Of a stretch of DNA of 64,000 nucleotides, positions 26,730-39,174 are shown piece by piece; position 1 is the first letter of the stretch, and each line of letters opens with the position of its first letter. The notes under the pieces are model-generated. The model saw only the letters and a program-made list of their open reading frames with translations. It ran no database searches and was not told the DNA's origin. This DNA is from Curvularia clavata (Eukaryota): contig CP089281.1 of the NCBI GenBank assembly GCA_023920165.1, positions 558,001 to 622,000 on the forward strand, given 5' to 3'. The position numbers and the translations under genes are program-made.

Positions 26730-28302
26730 ATGGCGGCTGAACCAGCAAAGTTGCCTGAGGGCATCTTTTCCCTCTTGGATACCGATTTGTATAAGCTGAC
26801 TATGCAATGCTGCATACTCAAGTTCTTCCCCGATGTATCAGTCACTTATGGCTTCACGAACCGCACGCCGGACAAGAAGCTCAGTCGCGCAGCCTTCAAA
26901 TGGCTCCAAGAACAAGTAGCCAGTCAGTACGGCCAATGTCGCAACCATGCGCATGCTAATCTCTGGCAGAACTCGAGAATGTGCCTGTTTCCGACGAAGA
27001 GCTCAACTTCCTCAAAAAGAATTGCCCCTACCTCAACGCGCAATACCTCCAATTCCTCTCTACCTTCCGCCTGAAGCCTTCAAAACAGCTCAAGTTATCT
27101 TTTACACCTGCGAACGACACAGGCTCAGATAGCGACTACGGCGATTTTCACATCCACACTGAGGGCCTATGGCTCGATACTATCCTGTACGAGATTCCAC
27201 TATTGGCGCTAGTCAGCGAAGCATACTTCAAGTTTGTCGAGACAGACTGGAACCACGAGGGTCAGGTTGAGAAGGCATATCAAAAGGGAAAGAAGCTGTT
27301 GGAAGGAGGCTGCATCTTTTCCGAGTTTGGCTCGCGGAGACGGCGAGATTACCATACGCAAGACCTGGTTCTACAAGGTTTGCGCCAGGCGGCTGACGAG
27401 GGCGCCAAGCTAGGGTGGAAAGGCAAGCTGTCGGGAACTAGCAACGTCCACTTCGCCATGAAGCACGGCCTTGTCCCTGTCGGCACTGTTGCCCATGAGT
27501 GGTTCATGGGCGTGGCTGCTATCACGAACAATTATGAAAGTGCCAACGAGATTGCTCTCGAGTATTGGACGGCTACTTTCGGTGCTGGTGTCTTGAGCAT
27601 TGCGCTTACAGATACTTTTGGCACACCGGCGTTCCTGAGGGCTTTCAAGAAGGAAATTCCTCGCGTGACCACGGCTGTTCCGGGAGGCAGTACGACGCTG
27701 GCATCAGAAGGCAGCACAACCAATACGGATGCGGTAGAGACTATGGCTTCCACACAGCCACCCATTCAAGCGCCGTTGGAAGGAAAGACTGGCTCGGGCA
27801 AGACGTACGCTCAGGTGTTTTCCGGTGTGCGTCAAGACTCTGGGGATCCTCTGGAATTCATCAAGTTGATGCGTGACTTCTATGACAAGGAAGGCATTAC
27901 AGACAAGAAGACGATTGTGTTTTCCGACTCTCTGAACCTTGAACTCTGTTTCAAGTACAAAGCAGCCGCGGAAGAGCAAGGGTTCCAGCCAACATTTGGT
28001 GTCGGAACGTTTTTGACAAGTAAGTGGGCAACGGACCATGAATATTTGATCTACGACTGACTCGAACAGACGATTTTATCGAAACATCGACAGGCAATAA
28101 GTCTGTACCCTTGAACATTGTGATTAAGATTTCTTCTGCACAGGGCCGCCATGCTGTTAAGATCAGCGACAATATTGGCAAGAACACTGGAGATCAAGCA
28201 ACGGTCGATGAGGTCAAGCAGCGTCTTGGGTATCAAGAAAAGTCATGGGCTGGCGGAGACGAGCGGACGCGATGGGGGATCCCAAACCAGACATCCAATT
28301 AA
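26730..28302 (+). CDS. NPT1: Nicotinate phosphoribosyltransferase
   Basis: SLLDTDLYKLTM, EFGSRRR, GTVAHEW, ALTDTFGT, GVRQDSGDP and KISDNIGKNTG. Introns 26923-26969 and 28020-28069. Confidence 0.96.
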
Positions 28303-29126
28303 CAGTTGGCAAACTCTGGCTGAGTGTTGGGTCAAAAGATTTCCTAAGTGCCAGCCTGCAGGAGCAATAGCAATGAGGCGGAGACACAGCCGACAGGTAC
28401 TCCAAAGCTGAGCTATGAGCCGCAAGGCTGAGTCCAGCGAGCAGACCCTGAATATAAGACTATACGAGCCAGCCCTCAACTGTGGCCAGCTCGAAAGACG
28501 TAGAGGGGCAAAGTGGCGGGGCGGGGCGAAGTGGCGATGAGCTAGTGTATGTAGGCGACATAGCGTGAGAGATGCGGAGAGCTGAACTGAGGTACTTGAA
28601 GCCCGCGTTTATTGACGAGAGCAAGCCATTGCAGAGACCGGGTGAAACTGTACTATACCGTTAGAATGCTATGCATGTGCAGTACTGACCAGAGACATAT
28701 ACCTGGTAATATGTATATATGTATGTCCATAATGTATTCGTGAACAACGAGCAGCATTGCACAAGCCATTTTTAGAGCATTGCCTGGAAGGAATCGCTGC
28801 GGGCCAACCGTCGACAAGGGCCCCGCTTTTTCTTGCTGACAAGTGGAACGCCTGGCTGGAAGGGGCTAGCGCGCGCGCCTCCTGCATCTGCGAGAATGCA
28901 CCCTCACGCTCAGCCCCAGAAAACACTCGCGGCCCTGAAACGCATTTATCTTTCTGCTTGCCTTCGTCCACGACCGATTCGAGCCCGCGCGCGTTTGACA
29001 TTTCCCCACCATCCCGACCTGCTAGTTGCCCGTCCCACTGCCGTTTGAGCATTGCTTTGCGCGTCTGCCGTCTGCCGTCTCAGGAGTATCCCAAGCCCGC
29101 ACACGCTATACCCGTCCCGTTTCAGA

Positions 29127-30257
29127 ATGAGCGTAAGTTCCCTCTAGCTTCTACCCACACCGCGTAGCCCATCACACTCTCCTTCTTGCAATCATCTTCA
29201 ATCCTCCCAAACCACCACGCGCCTTCGCTGACCATGGCTGCTGCCGACCAACAGTACGGAAACAGAGGCTACGGCCAGATAGGCTCTCAGGGCGGCAACC
29301 CCTACGATGCGCGCGACAACAACTACAGTGACCGTACGTATCTTTGAATCATGCGCATTTGGCTCCCATCTGACACCGCCCAGGCGACGTAGAGATGCAA
29401 TCCTACACCGGTGCCAGTGCCGACCCAAATGCCATCCTCAATGAGTGCCGCGATGTCGACCGCGCCCTTGACGACCTCGATGCACAGCTCAACAACCTTG
29501 ACCGCGTTTTCAGGCAATCGCTGGCTCGCCCAGATATGCCCTCAGGCGAGATCAACAGCCTCAGCTCTCAGATCATGACAGGTTACCGCGGCCTTGTCAC
29601 ACGTGTCAAGAACATTAAGTCGAAGCCTGATTCTGGTCACCCCAGGAATGCCCCACAAGTTGGCAAGGTCGACCGTAGGCTCAAGGCCACCATCAACAGG
29701 TACCAAACACTCGAGTCGGACTTCCGAAGGGAATCGCAGGCCGCCGCTGAGCGTCAATACCGTATTGTTCGCCCAGATGCTTCCGACGAGGAGGTCCGCG
29801 AGGCTGTCGCAGACCCCGATGCGCCCATTTTCCAGCAAGCTGTATGTCCTCTAATTGCTAGTAGCGACTGCACAACACTAACTTGTCCTAGCTGATGAAC
29901 TCTGATCGCCGTGGCCAAGCCTCGTCTACTCTACGCAACGTCAAGGAGCGACACGAGGCCATCCAAAACATCGAACGCCAGATGGTGGAGCTCGCACAGC
30001 TGTTCCAAGACCTTGACCAGATTGTCCAGGAGCAAGAGCCACTTGTCGCCAACATTGAGCAAAAGGGTGAAGAGATCAATGACAACGTCAAGGCCGCCAA
30101 TGTCGAAATCGATGGCGCCATTGAGAAGGCCCGTAGCCGCAACCGCAAGAAGTGGTGGTGTGTTCTCATTATTCTCATCATCATCATCATTATCGTGGTT
30201 ATTGCTGTTGTGGTCACACAAGTCAACAAGGCTACTACCAAGGCCGCTGGTGCCTAG
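29127..30257 (+). CDS. Plasma-membrane syntaxin (Sso1/Sso2/Psy1-type Qa-SNARE)
   Basis: RQYRIVRPDA, SNARE motif (RHEAIQNIERQMVELAQLFQD) and C-terminal TM after RKKWW. Introns 29133-29254, 29334-29383 and 29842-29891. Confidence 0.92.
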
Positions 30258-31033
30258 AAATAAGCAGTTTGCCGCTTATACTGTCTTATTTGCCTAGATG
30301 CCGAGTTGTACGGTACTGCCGCGCATACCACGATTATACCCATATCCACCATCTCCTTCCTCAGTAGTCTTTTTGTCAAAAGGCTGGTCCCGTACATCAT
30401 GTAATACGCGTCTCGGTGGGTATGTACATATACATACTCGCATTTTGCCGTTATCCTTCATTCTCTTTGGTTAGAAGCATCTGTCAGTGTCTCATTCGCG
30501 GTGCTCCGCGGCGTCTTCTATTCCCAGTGACGCTAGTCAACTGTTTGTGATTTTTTTTTCGTAGCCATGGCTTGGATTGCATTGCAGGTTGCTTGGTGGT
30601 TGTTTTAGGAAATAGCCCATAGGCTACCATTGAATTAAAAGTATTAGAAAAGTATATTTGTCGAGTGACGGGTGTGAGGGCTGGGACAGCCGTGACGGTC
30701 CTCATCCTCGACCGCTATGGGTGACTTCTCATACGCGGATTGGCTGCAATTTGTACTCGGCGCAAACAATCAATCTCTGTGGAGCGCTATGCCGATGGTT
30801 TTCCCAAGATGACGTTCCGTAATATGCGGATGTGCCACGCTAAATTTGCAGGCAATCTAAATGGCACAACGTCCACCGAATGTAAACCCAGGGTAGAGTA
30901 CTATCCACCGACACTTTATCAAAGTGGAAACGCTGGGCTGGCAAGTCATTAATTGTGGAAACAAGCACGGAACAAGCATCCGACTATGCCTTTTTCGCAG
31001 CGGAAGGCAAAGCTTAGGGGCATGCTTCCAAGA

Positions 31034-31043
31034 TATATAAATA
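31034..31043 (+). promoter_or_regulatory. TATA box of the Cip1-like gene
   Basis: TATATAAATA about 80 bp upstream of the ATG at 31120. Confidence 0.55.
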
Positions 31044-31119
31044 CCTGACTGTGTTATACTAGATTCACGTCAGTCGTGCAGTTCACATAAACAGTCGACC
31101 TACCAGAACAATAAAGACG

Positions 31120-31941
31120 ATGCTCCGCCAAACCGCCATCTTTGCCCTTGCCCTCGCGGCCCCGGCTCTCGCCCAAGTGAGCGAGGGCTTCGAAAACGGC
31201 TGGGACCAGACTGCCTGGCCTGTCTATGCACCCGACTGCAACCAAGGCGGCAAAGTGACCTTGGATAGCTCAACTGCTCACACGGGAAAGAACTCGATTC
31301 GTGTTGATGGAGCAGGTGGATACTGCGGTCACGTCTTCGTCGGCACGACCAAGGTCCCGTCTGGCGATGTCTATATCCGAACCTACCTGTACGTCTCTTC
31401 TTTTCCCGCTTTTCAAATCCAGAATACTAATATCTATGCGCAGGAAAGCCACCAAAGCTCTCACCGACTCGCACGTCAGTTTCATCACCATGCCAGACTC
31501 GGCCCAAGGCACAAACAAGCACCTTCGCATCGGCGGCCAATCCAAGATCCTCATGTACAACCGCGAAAGCGATGATGCGACGCTGCCTGACCTTTCTCCC
31601 AACGGCATTGCAGCATCCAAGCCGCTGCCGACAAATGCATGGACGTGCTTCGAGTACCATCTCGGTCCTGACGGCAGCATCCAGACGTGGTTGAACAATG
31701 CGACTGTTCCGGCGCTGCAAGTCGGGAATGGAGTGTCGAATCCCAATGGAGCGCAGTGGACGAGGAGCTCGGTAAAGCCCAAGATTACAGGGGTAAGTGG
31801 TCCCTTTTTTCCCCTTCTTTCCTGGTGTATTTTGCTAACGAGGGTGTATAGGCCTACTTTGGATGGGAGAGCTATGGTGGCGATACCAACACCATCTGGT
31901 ATGATGATATTGTGGTTAGCAATAAGAGGATTGGATGCTAG
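31120..31941 (+). CDS. cip1: Secreted Cip1-like (cellulose-induced protein 1) core-domain protein without CBM1
   Basis: Signal peptide followed by QVSEGFENGWDQTAWP..APDCNQGG, YCGH, HLRIGGQS, YNRESDDATLPDLSPNG and FGWESY..WYDD..RIGC, closely resembling the Trichoderma Cip1 core as I recall it. Introns 31389-31443 and 31793-31851. Confidence 0.88.
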
Positions 31942-33369
31942 ATGTCAGGGCCCAGTATTTTCGTAGAATCAGACCAATGTTTCTAATTGGAATTTCTTCC
32001 GTGTTCGAGGCGGTGCTCGAAGTTTGTTGGTGTCTTGTGTGCTCGACAGATATCAGGTGCTGTGGTATCTTTTTGACTGGCCAACGCCCTTGTATGAACG
32101 CAACGTCATGTTGATCTCAGCAGCTGTTGCTTGTGATCGAGGTTGTCGATATCGTTTGCATGGCCTCTTTCGCCGGCCCGATAGCTTCCTTGCTCGTTAG
32201 CTGGTCACCAGTCTGAAGGACAAGCATCCGAATAGCTGGGCAATGACGTCGCCCCTGCATTGCCCCTTGTGTGTACAGATGCAAATCATTCTGGGCATTG
32301 GAACAAAGTCTTTTTGGTCGAGAGAGAAATCAACGTGGACAAAGTTGGACCAAGTAGAGTGGCTTGGCGCATGCTCGATCCTACAATGCTAGTGTCGATG
32401 TTATCCCTAACCAAGGGCTCTCTTTCTCCACACGCGTGGTCTAAATCCCGCAACCCATGTAATCGCAACGTCCAAAACATCAGGTGAGCAGCCTGGTCGT
32501 CAGAATAGGGCCGCTTGCTATCTCTTGGCGGAACTGCGTGGATGGGTGTCTTGTAATAGTAGGATCTCATTTCTTGCTGGAGCTAGCATATCTCCCAAGC
32601 TCCCAAGCTCGAGTTTCGTGGTGATCGGCTGCCCGCCCACCTATCATCCGCCGCACCCTACTGGGGAATCGCCCGTCGCTTACGAAGACGTTGGCGCATA
32701 GGCAAGCACATGCCCACCCACGGCTTATTCCTGCACTCAGCCCGCAACCTCAGCTCGTGGGTGGGCGGTGAAAGAATTGCCAATAGATTCCTTGTGCGAT
32801 TTGAACCACGCGGGCTTCTCACATGGCAGGTTAAGCCAAGCGGGCGTGCTGGCGTGGGCGGACGGAAACAGGCGTGGCGTTGACCAGTGGCTTCGCGCGC
32901 ATGGCGACATCTCTCGCGGTGGTTGCACATGTCTGCGTACCGGATTGCTGGAGAGCGGCGGCGGCTCAGGTGTAGACTTGGCGCCCATTTTCACCGGTTG
33001 CGGCGCGTGAGAGAGTAGGTTCGTGATGCGAGTGCAGGTGGGCTGTTGGAACCCCAGAGAAAGGCAACGCTCGGGCAAACGCCTAGATCCTTGGGGGCGA
33101 CTGGCATAGGTCTGGGCGTTTTTAACCTTGCCTCGCTCTGCTCACTGGTCATTCTTAATGGACGCTCGTGCCTGTCTTAACCCTTGCATTTAAGCAATTT
33201 GCTTGCTCTGCAGCCCCTCCAAGGGCTTTTGAGTTCTGACCTTTGCTTATCTCTTTGACATACGTTTCGGCGTGTCATCCGCTTTTCTGTTTTGTGGGGT
33301 AGGGGTCTGGAGAATCTGGGGTGACATCCACACGCTGCCTCGAAGCCAGAGAGGACCTACACAGTAGAC

Positions 33370-36292
33370 ATGTCGTCGACATTATCATCAGCGGCCGCAA
33401 AGGCTACCGCGCCTCCCAAGGCGCCGCCTCAGGCTGGTGTTCTCGATGGAGTGAACCCAGTACACTTTGATCCGCAGCATCCTATCATCTTGTTCATTGT
33501 CCAGGTAGGTATTCAAGAGCTTGGTTCACTGGTGGAGCGAGTGGTTTCCACCCGTCTGCCTCCAACTTACATACAAAAAAGAGGACAAAAAGCACAATGC
33601 TAACACATCCTAGGCCAGCATCATCATCATCTTCTGCCGCCTGCTCAACTATCCCCTTTCCAAAATCCGCCAACCACGCGTCATTTCCGAGATCATTGGA
33701 GGCATCGTTCTGGGTCCCTCCGTCATGGGCCGCATCCCCGGCTTCCAGGAGGCCATTTTCCCAAAGGAATCCATGGTCACGCTCAATCTAGCCGCAAACC
33801 TGGGTCTCACGCTGTTTCTCTTCATCATCGGTCTCGAAGTTGACCTCAGGCACTTGCTCAGCAACTGGAAGCCCGCGCTCAATGTGGGTGTGGCGAGTAT
33901 GGTCATTCCCTTCGGACTGGGAGCTGCCATTGCCGTCGGATTGTACAACGAGTTTCGCCATGACGAGGGCATGGTGCACATTGATTTTCCCATTTACATG
34001 CTTTTCATCGGTGTTGCCATGGCCATTACGGTAAGTGTGGATACCACCAGAATCTATACTGTTACTGACTTTGCCAAAAGGCCTTCCCGGTGCTGTGTCG
34101 TATCTTGACTGAGCTGAAATTGCTCATGACGCCTGTTGGCATCATCGTCCTGTCAGCTGGTGTCGGCAACGACGTTGTTGGTAAGTATTCATTTGATAAA
34201 ATGCTCCATGCAGAACATCCAGGCTAACGAATCTTCGAGGATGGATTCTGCTCGCTCTTTGCGTCGCCCTCGTCAACGCAGGCTCCGGACTGACAGCACT
34301 CTGGGTTCTTCTCACCTGTGCCGGATACATGGTATTTCTCGTTTACGCCGTTCGCCCGGCTTTCATCTACGTCCTGCGCCGATCCCGTGCGCTTCAAGAT
34401 GGACCCAGTCAAGGCATCATCAGTCTGACTCTCCTCATCGCTCTCGGCTCGGCCTTCTTCACCGGCATCATTGGCGTCCACCCTATCTTCGGAGCTTTCA
34501 TGGCTGGTCTGATTTGTCCGCACGAAGGCGGTTTTGCAATCAAGGTCGCCGAAAAGATTGAAGATTTGATTGGTGCACTGTTCCTGCCCTTATATTTCAC
34601 ACTGTCGGGCTTGAACACTAACATTGGCCTTTTGGATTCCGGTATTGTCTGGGCCTATGTCGTGGGAGTCGTTGCTGTGGCCTTCTTTTCCAAGTTCATC
34701 AGTGCTGCAATTGCCGCGAGGGGCAGCAAGATGCTGTGGCGGGAATGCTTTGCTGTGGGATCTTTGATGAGTTGTAAGGGTCTCGTCGAACTCATCGTCT
34801 TGGTATGGACGCTGTTTCCTGTTTAAGCACTAAGACAGAACACTGACAGTGACAGAACATTGGACTTAACGCCAGGATCCTCAGTACTCGAACCTTTACC
34901 GTCTTCGTCGTCATGGCCCTTGTCACGACCTTTGCCTCGTCTCCACTGGCGATGCTGTTCTACCCTCCGTGGTACCAGAAGAAAGTCGAAGCTTGGCGTC
35001 GGGGCGAAATCGATTGGGACACGGGTAAGCCCATCGACGATGCCGAAGGCAGCAGCGACGTGGTGCAGTATGAGAAGATGGCTGCAGAGAAGATTGAGAG
35101 ATTGACCGTCTATCTCCGCCTCGACAGCATGCCGAACCTTCTGGCTTTTACCTCTTTGTTTGGCGGAACCGACATTCCAGCGCCAAAGATGCATCCTTCC
35201 AAAGACGCCAGTACCAACACCAGCACTACGCTAGGCAAGGAAGCTGGTGAGACAAGCTTGACAGAAGTGACACCAGTCAACCGTCCGGTGGAAGCCTACG
35301 GTCTACGCCTCCTCAACTTGACTGATCGTGGCTCGTCCGTCATGCAAGTCTCCGAGTTGGAATCGTACACAGCCCACGACCCAGTCGTCAACACATTCCG
35401 TACGTTTGGACGCCTGCACAACCTAGCCGTCAGCGGCGAAGTTCTCGTGGTCCCGGAATCTTCGTTTGCTGAAACCCTAGCCATGCGCGCTTCGGACTCG
35501 CAGTTCCTCATCATGCCATGGAGTGAAACGGGTGGCATGTCCGAACAAGCCATTATCGAAGACAAGGGCACCAAGAACAAGCTAGCGGCATCGAGCTACA
35601 ACGCGTTTGTGCACCAGGCACTGGAGAACGCAAGTATACCCGTTGCTGTGCTCATTAACAAGAACTTTGGCGGCAGCAAGAACAAGGAGCAGAAGCAGCA
35701 GCAACAGCAACGGCTCAAGCTCACACGCACATATAGCAGCGTCAGTCTGGGAAGCGCAAGAGAAAAGGCAGTCACGGCGCCCATTGCAGACAAGAGCCAT
35801 CACATCTTCTTCCCCTATTTCGGCGGCAACGACGACAGGACGGCACTGCGTCTGGTGTTGCAGCTTGCCAAGAACCCGCAAGTCACGGCCACCATCATTT
35901 ACTTTGACGTTCCAGAGTCTGTTTGGGCGTCACTGCCTAACAATGCTGCTCCCGCATCACGCGAACAAGATGCCGCCTTCTTTGCCGCTCTGCGTGCCTC
36001 GCTGCCCGCCGAGCTAGCGAACCGCGTCGTGTTTGGAACGACTAGCTCGACGGCTCCCGTCGCCGATGTCATTGCCAGCGCGAGCATTGAGGTTGGCCAG
36101 TCACCCCGCAATGCTGGAGACCTTATTGTGCTGGGTCGCAACGTGGCCATGAACGCTGTCCTGGACAGATCAGTCAACTCTGATGAAATTCGAAGTAGTT
36201 CGAGTGCGGCAGAGACGCTGGGTGTGCTTGCAGAGAAGGTGTGGGCAGCTAAGCTGCGGGCTAGCGTGCTAGTCATTAAGGCAGGAGTGTAG
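33370..36292 (+). CDS. KHA1: K+/H+ antiporter (CPA2 family)
   Basis: [60 protein letters not shown] and [11 protein letters not shown]. Introns 33505-33613, 34031-34080, 34181-34239 and 34803-34855. Confidence 0.93.
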
Positions 36293-39174
36293 TGAGTGCT
36301 CTTTTTTTATACCACGATTTACCCACGAGGATGTTTTGGGCTTGCTTGCTTTGCAAATTTCACAGCAGAGCATGTAATTTGTTCCCGTATAAGACCGAGA
36401 GCCTTCAAATATATATATCTTGCTCTCCAAACAAACATAGCTGGGCGTTTTATGCACATGTATGTTATCATGTTGTCTGCATATCGTCATTTAGACCTCG
36501 CAAACCTTGTATGACGACTCGGGCCCCATAGTATGTAGCGCTTTGAGTGATCACCAGCAAGGGGGGGTCGTTATTGATGACGTTTCAGATCAGTTCTCAA
36601 ACGCGGCTTAGGTTTCCCTGTGTGATTGAGCCCTAGGGAAGCCCAAACCGATGATGCCTTTTATTTTTCAACGGCTTGAACATGGTATGGAAGTTTGCAC
36701 AGTGGAGTGTTTTGTCGGTCCTGGTGCTGCATTCGGAAAGGGCTAGGTCCAAGTTTGCTTAGTATGCACATGCATCTGGCACGTTGCTCGTGGTACGTAA
36801 TACTGTCTGGAGGGTACAGGGCAAAGGGTACGTAGTGCAATGCGTAGAATTCTTTTTGTAATACTGATCCATCTCATGCCACATGGCATGTTCGGCCCCA
36901 TAAGCTCAATCGGATTGCTCTGGCGCAACCGGAGGCGGTCAATCAGCGTATATTGAGCAATGGCTTGAATGAAGGCAGAACTTGTGCACTTGCGTAAGAC
37001 AAATTTTCGATGTCCATGTATATTCCCTGTCAAACAGCATGGTGGTACATAGTCGGCGCTGCATGGGACCGTGAGCGATGGAGGTCCGTGAGGGAACAGG
37101 CCTACGTCAGCTTTCCCCGGTCGTGCTGCCTGACTTTGAGTACGACGTGCGACCAGGATGAGAAAGCAATGGATCGAGTCCTGTGAAGACGTCACTTGAA
37201 TCATTTGCAATGATGCTGATGCTGCTGCTGATGACGATAAAGCCGCTGACCACCATAGACTGTAATGCCAAGAAGTTACACTCATATGGAAACAGCATAC
37301 GAAGCGAAGGAAAGGTATGATAAGCAGCAATTCAGTGACACGTACGGAGTACGTTCAGAGTGGATCTGATAGGGGGCAGAGTTTTCCTTTTTGTGATGAG
37401 GGTACACGGAGATAACAGAAGATATGCGGTGAAGGAGGGTAGTGGAGCGGGGCCTTGGACAAGTGTACAGAAATCCTGGGTACAGTAGACATGACATGAA
37501 GGCAACTGTCTGCTGCTGGATGCGGAAGCACACAGGCTTGATGCAAGGGCCTGTGGAGGGATATCCAAGTGGCTGACGAACGTGGGTATCTGTATCGTTT
37601 GGTAGAGGGGGTAAGACATTCACATGAAGCTACTGTGCTGCTTCGCGTACGGATTTTAGTCGGAGTTGAAGAAGAAGAGCAGTGTTGAGAGACATGCAGA
37701 TCGTGTTGGGTCCAATATGGGTACGTCGTAAGCGGTTGTGACTTGCAGTCGATCCCAAGAATCAACGCCACCGATGGATTCTACGCCACGCAGGCGATGG
37801 GGGTGGGATCAGCCATGGCCACCAGAAGATGCCAGAGTGCGCAAGCAAGCGGGCGAGATTCACAACATCAATTCACGAGGCCATGGCGTTTTGGGGGGTG
37901 CGACGGCCAGTTTTTGCAAAGTGTGATGTTCAACGGGCGGTGGAGTGTCGGGTAGACGGACGCGTGGCTAGCGACAGATGAACGTCTGGACCAGCCAGGG
38001 CTGCCGCCAGGGTAGGGTGAGCGACGAGCAGGGGAGATTAAGTACCCAGTACGCTCGTCACGGGGCGCGCAAAGAGAAAGCGTCGGGGGTTGTTGGGTAC
38101 GCAGATACGGGCGGCCTCATGACTGCATTTGTGGCAAGCGGAGCATACAGTGGGCTTGATGGGCGCCATCACGTAATGCAGGAGAAGGGGCCATGTGTCG
38201 ACGAGCAGCAGCCGTGGCAGTGATGACTGGATAAGCCGAGGGCCAATATTGGCTGGCAGAGCTTGTGGCGCGTCGAGGTGCAGAGGCAGCTTGGCGAGGG
38301 GGACGAAACAAGAGACTTGAGGGAGCTTGCGACGCCGGGTGCCAAGCGACGCGAGTCCAGCGAGCAAAGTGGTTCATGAAAGATTGCGCAAGCTGTAGTG
38401 CGAATCTGCCACGCTTAGCGAGGCGTGGACCGCCCCCTGCGCTGCGTACCCGGTTGCCCAGGGCCGTGGGAAGGGCGAGGGACAGATGCCGTGGGCGAGC
38501 TTGGCGGCGGGTGTGGGATGCTGGCGCGAGAGAGAGGGCGGAAGGATGCGTATGCACGTAGCATGTGGGCGTAGCATCGAGCGAGTGGGTGAGTGAGCGA
38601 GCGAGCACGCCAGCAAGCAAGCAACAGGAAGTACGCAAGCAGAAGAGAGGGTGAAGGACGGGCTAGCGCCGTCTGCGCGTGGTTGCAGGCGACGGGCACG
38701 GCTGGTCGGTGTTGTGGGTTCTAGACATGAGGAAGCCGCGACAGGGCCGCGTCAACCCGGCCGCATGCGGTAAGCGCGAGTCGTCGTCGTCTTGCCCCAT
38801 CCCTCAATCAATTACCCTCGTCCGCACCTGCGTCCACTGCAGCGACTCCACGACCACCTCGACGACGACGGCCCCGTGTCTCTCTCGCGCTGCCCAGCTG
38901 CCCGCTCCCATCGCAGAGTCACATCCTCGCGCCCGTCGACATCATCACCACCACCAGCACCTCGCCGGCTGCATTCCCAGAATACGCTGCCTGTGGCTGT
39001 CCCAGTTGCTGCGCCGCCGCATCATCGGGCTGTGCACCGCTGCCAAACCTGCAGCGCCTGCCTATACACAGCGCCCTCCCCCGACGCCCATCCACCCACA
39101 CCCGGACTCTCCACCACCTCCTCCATCACCGCATTCCACAGCTCTGTTGCGACCGCACTGAGCTCCCGTCGACG

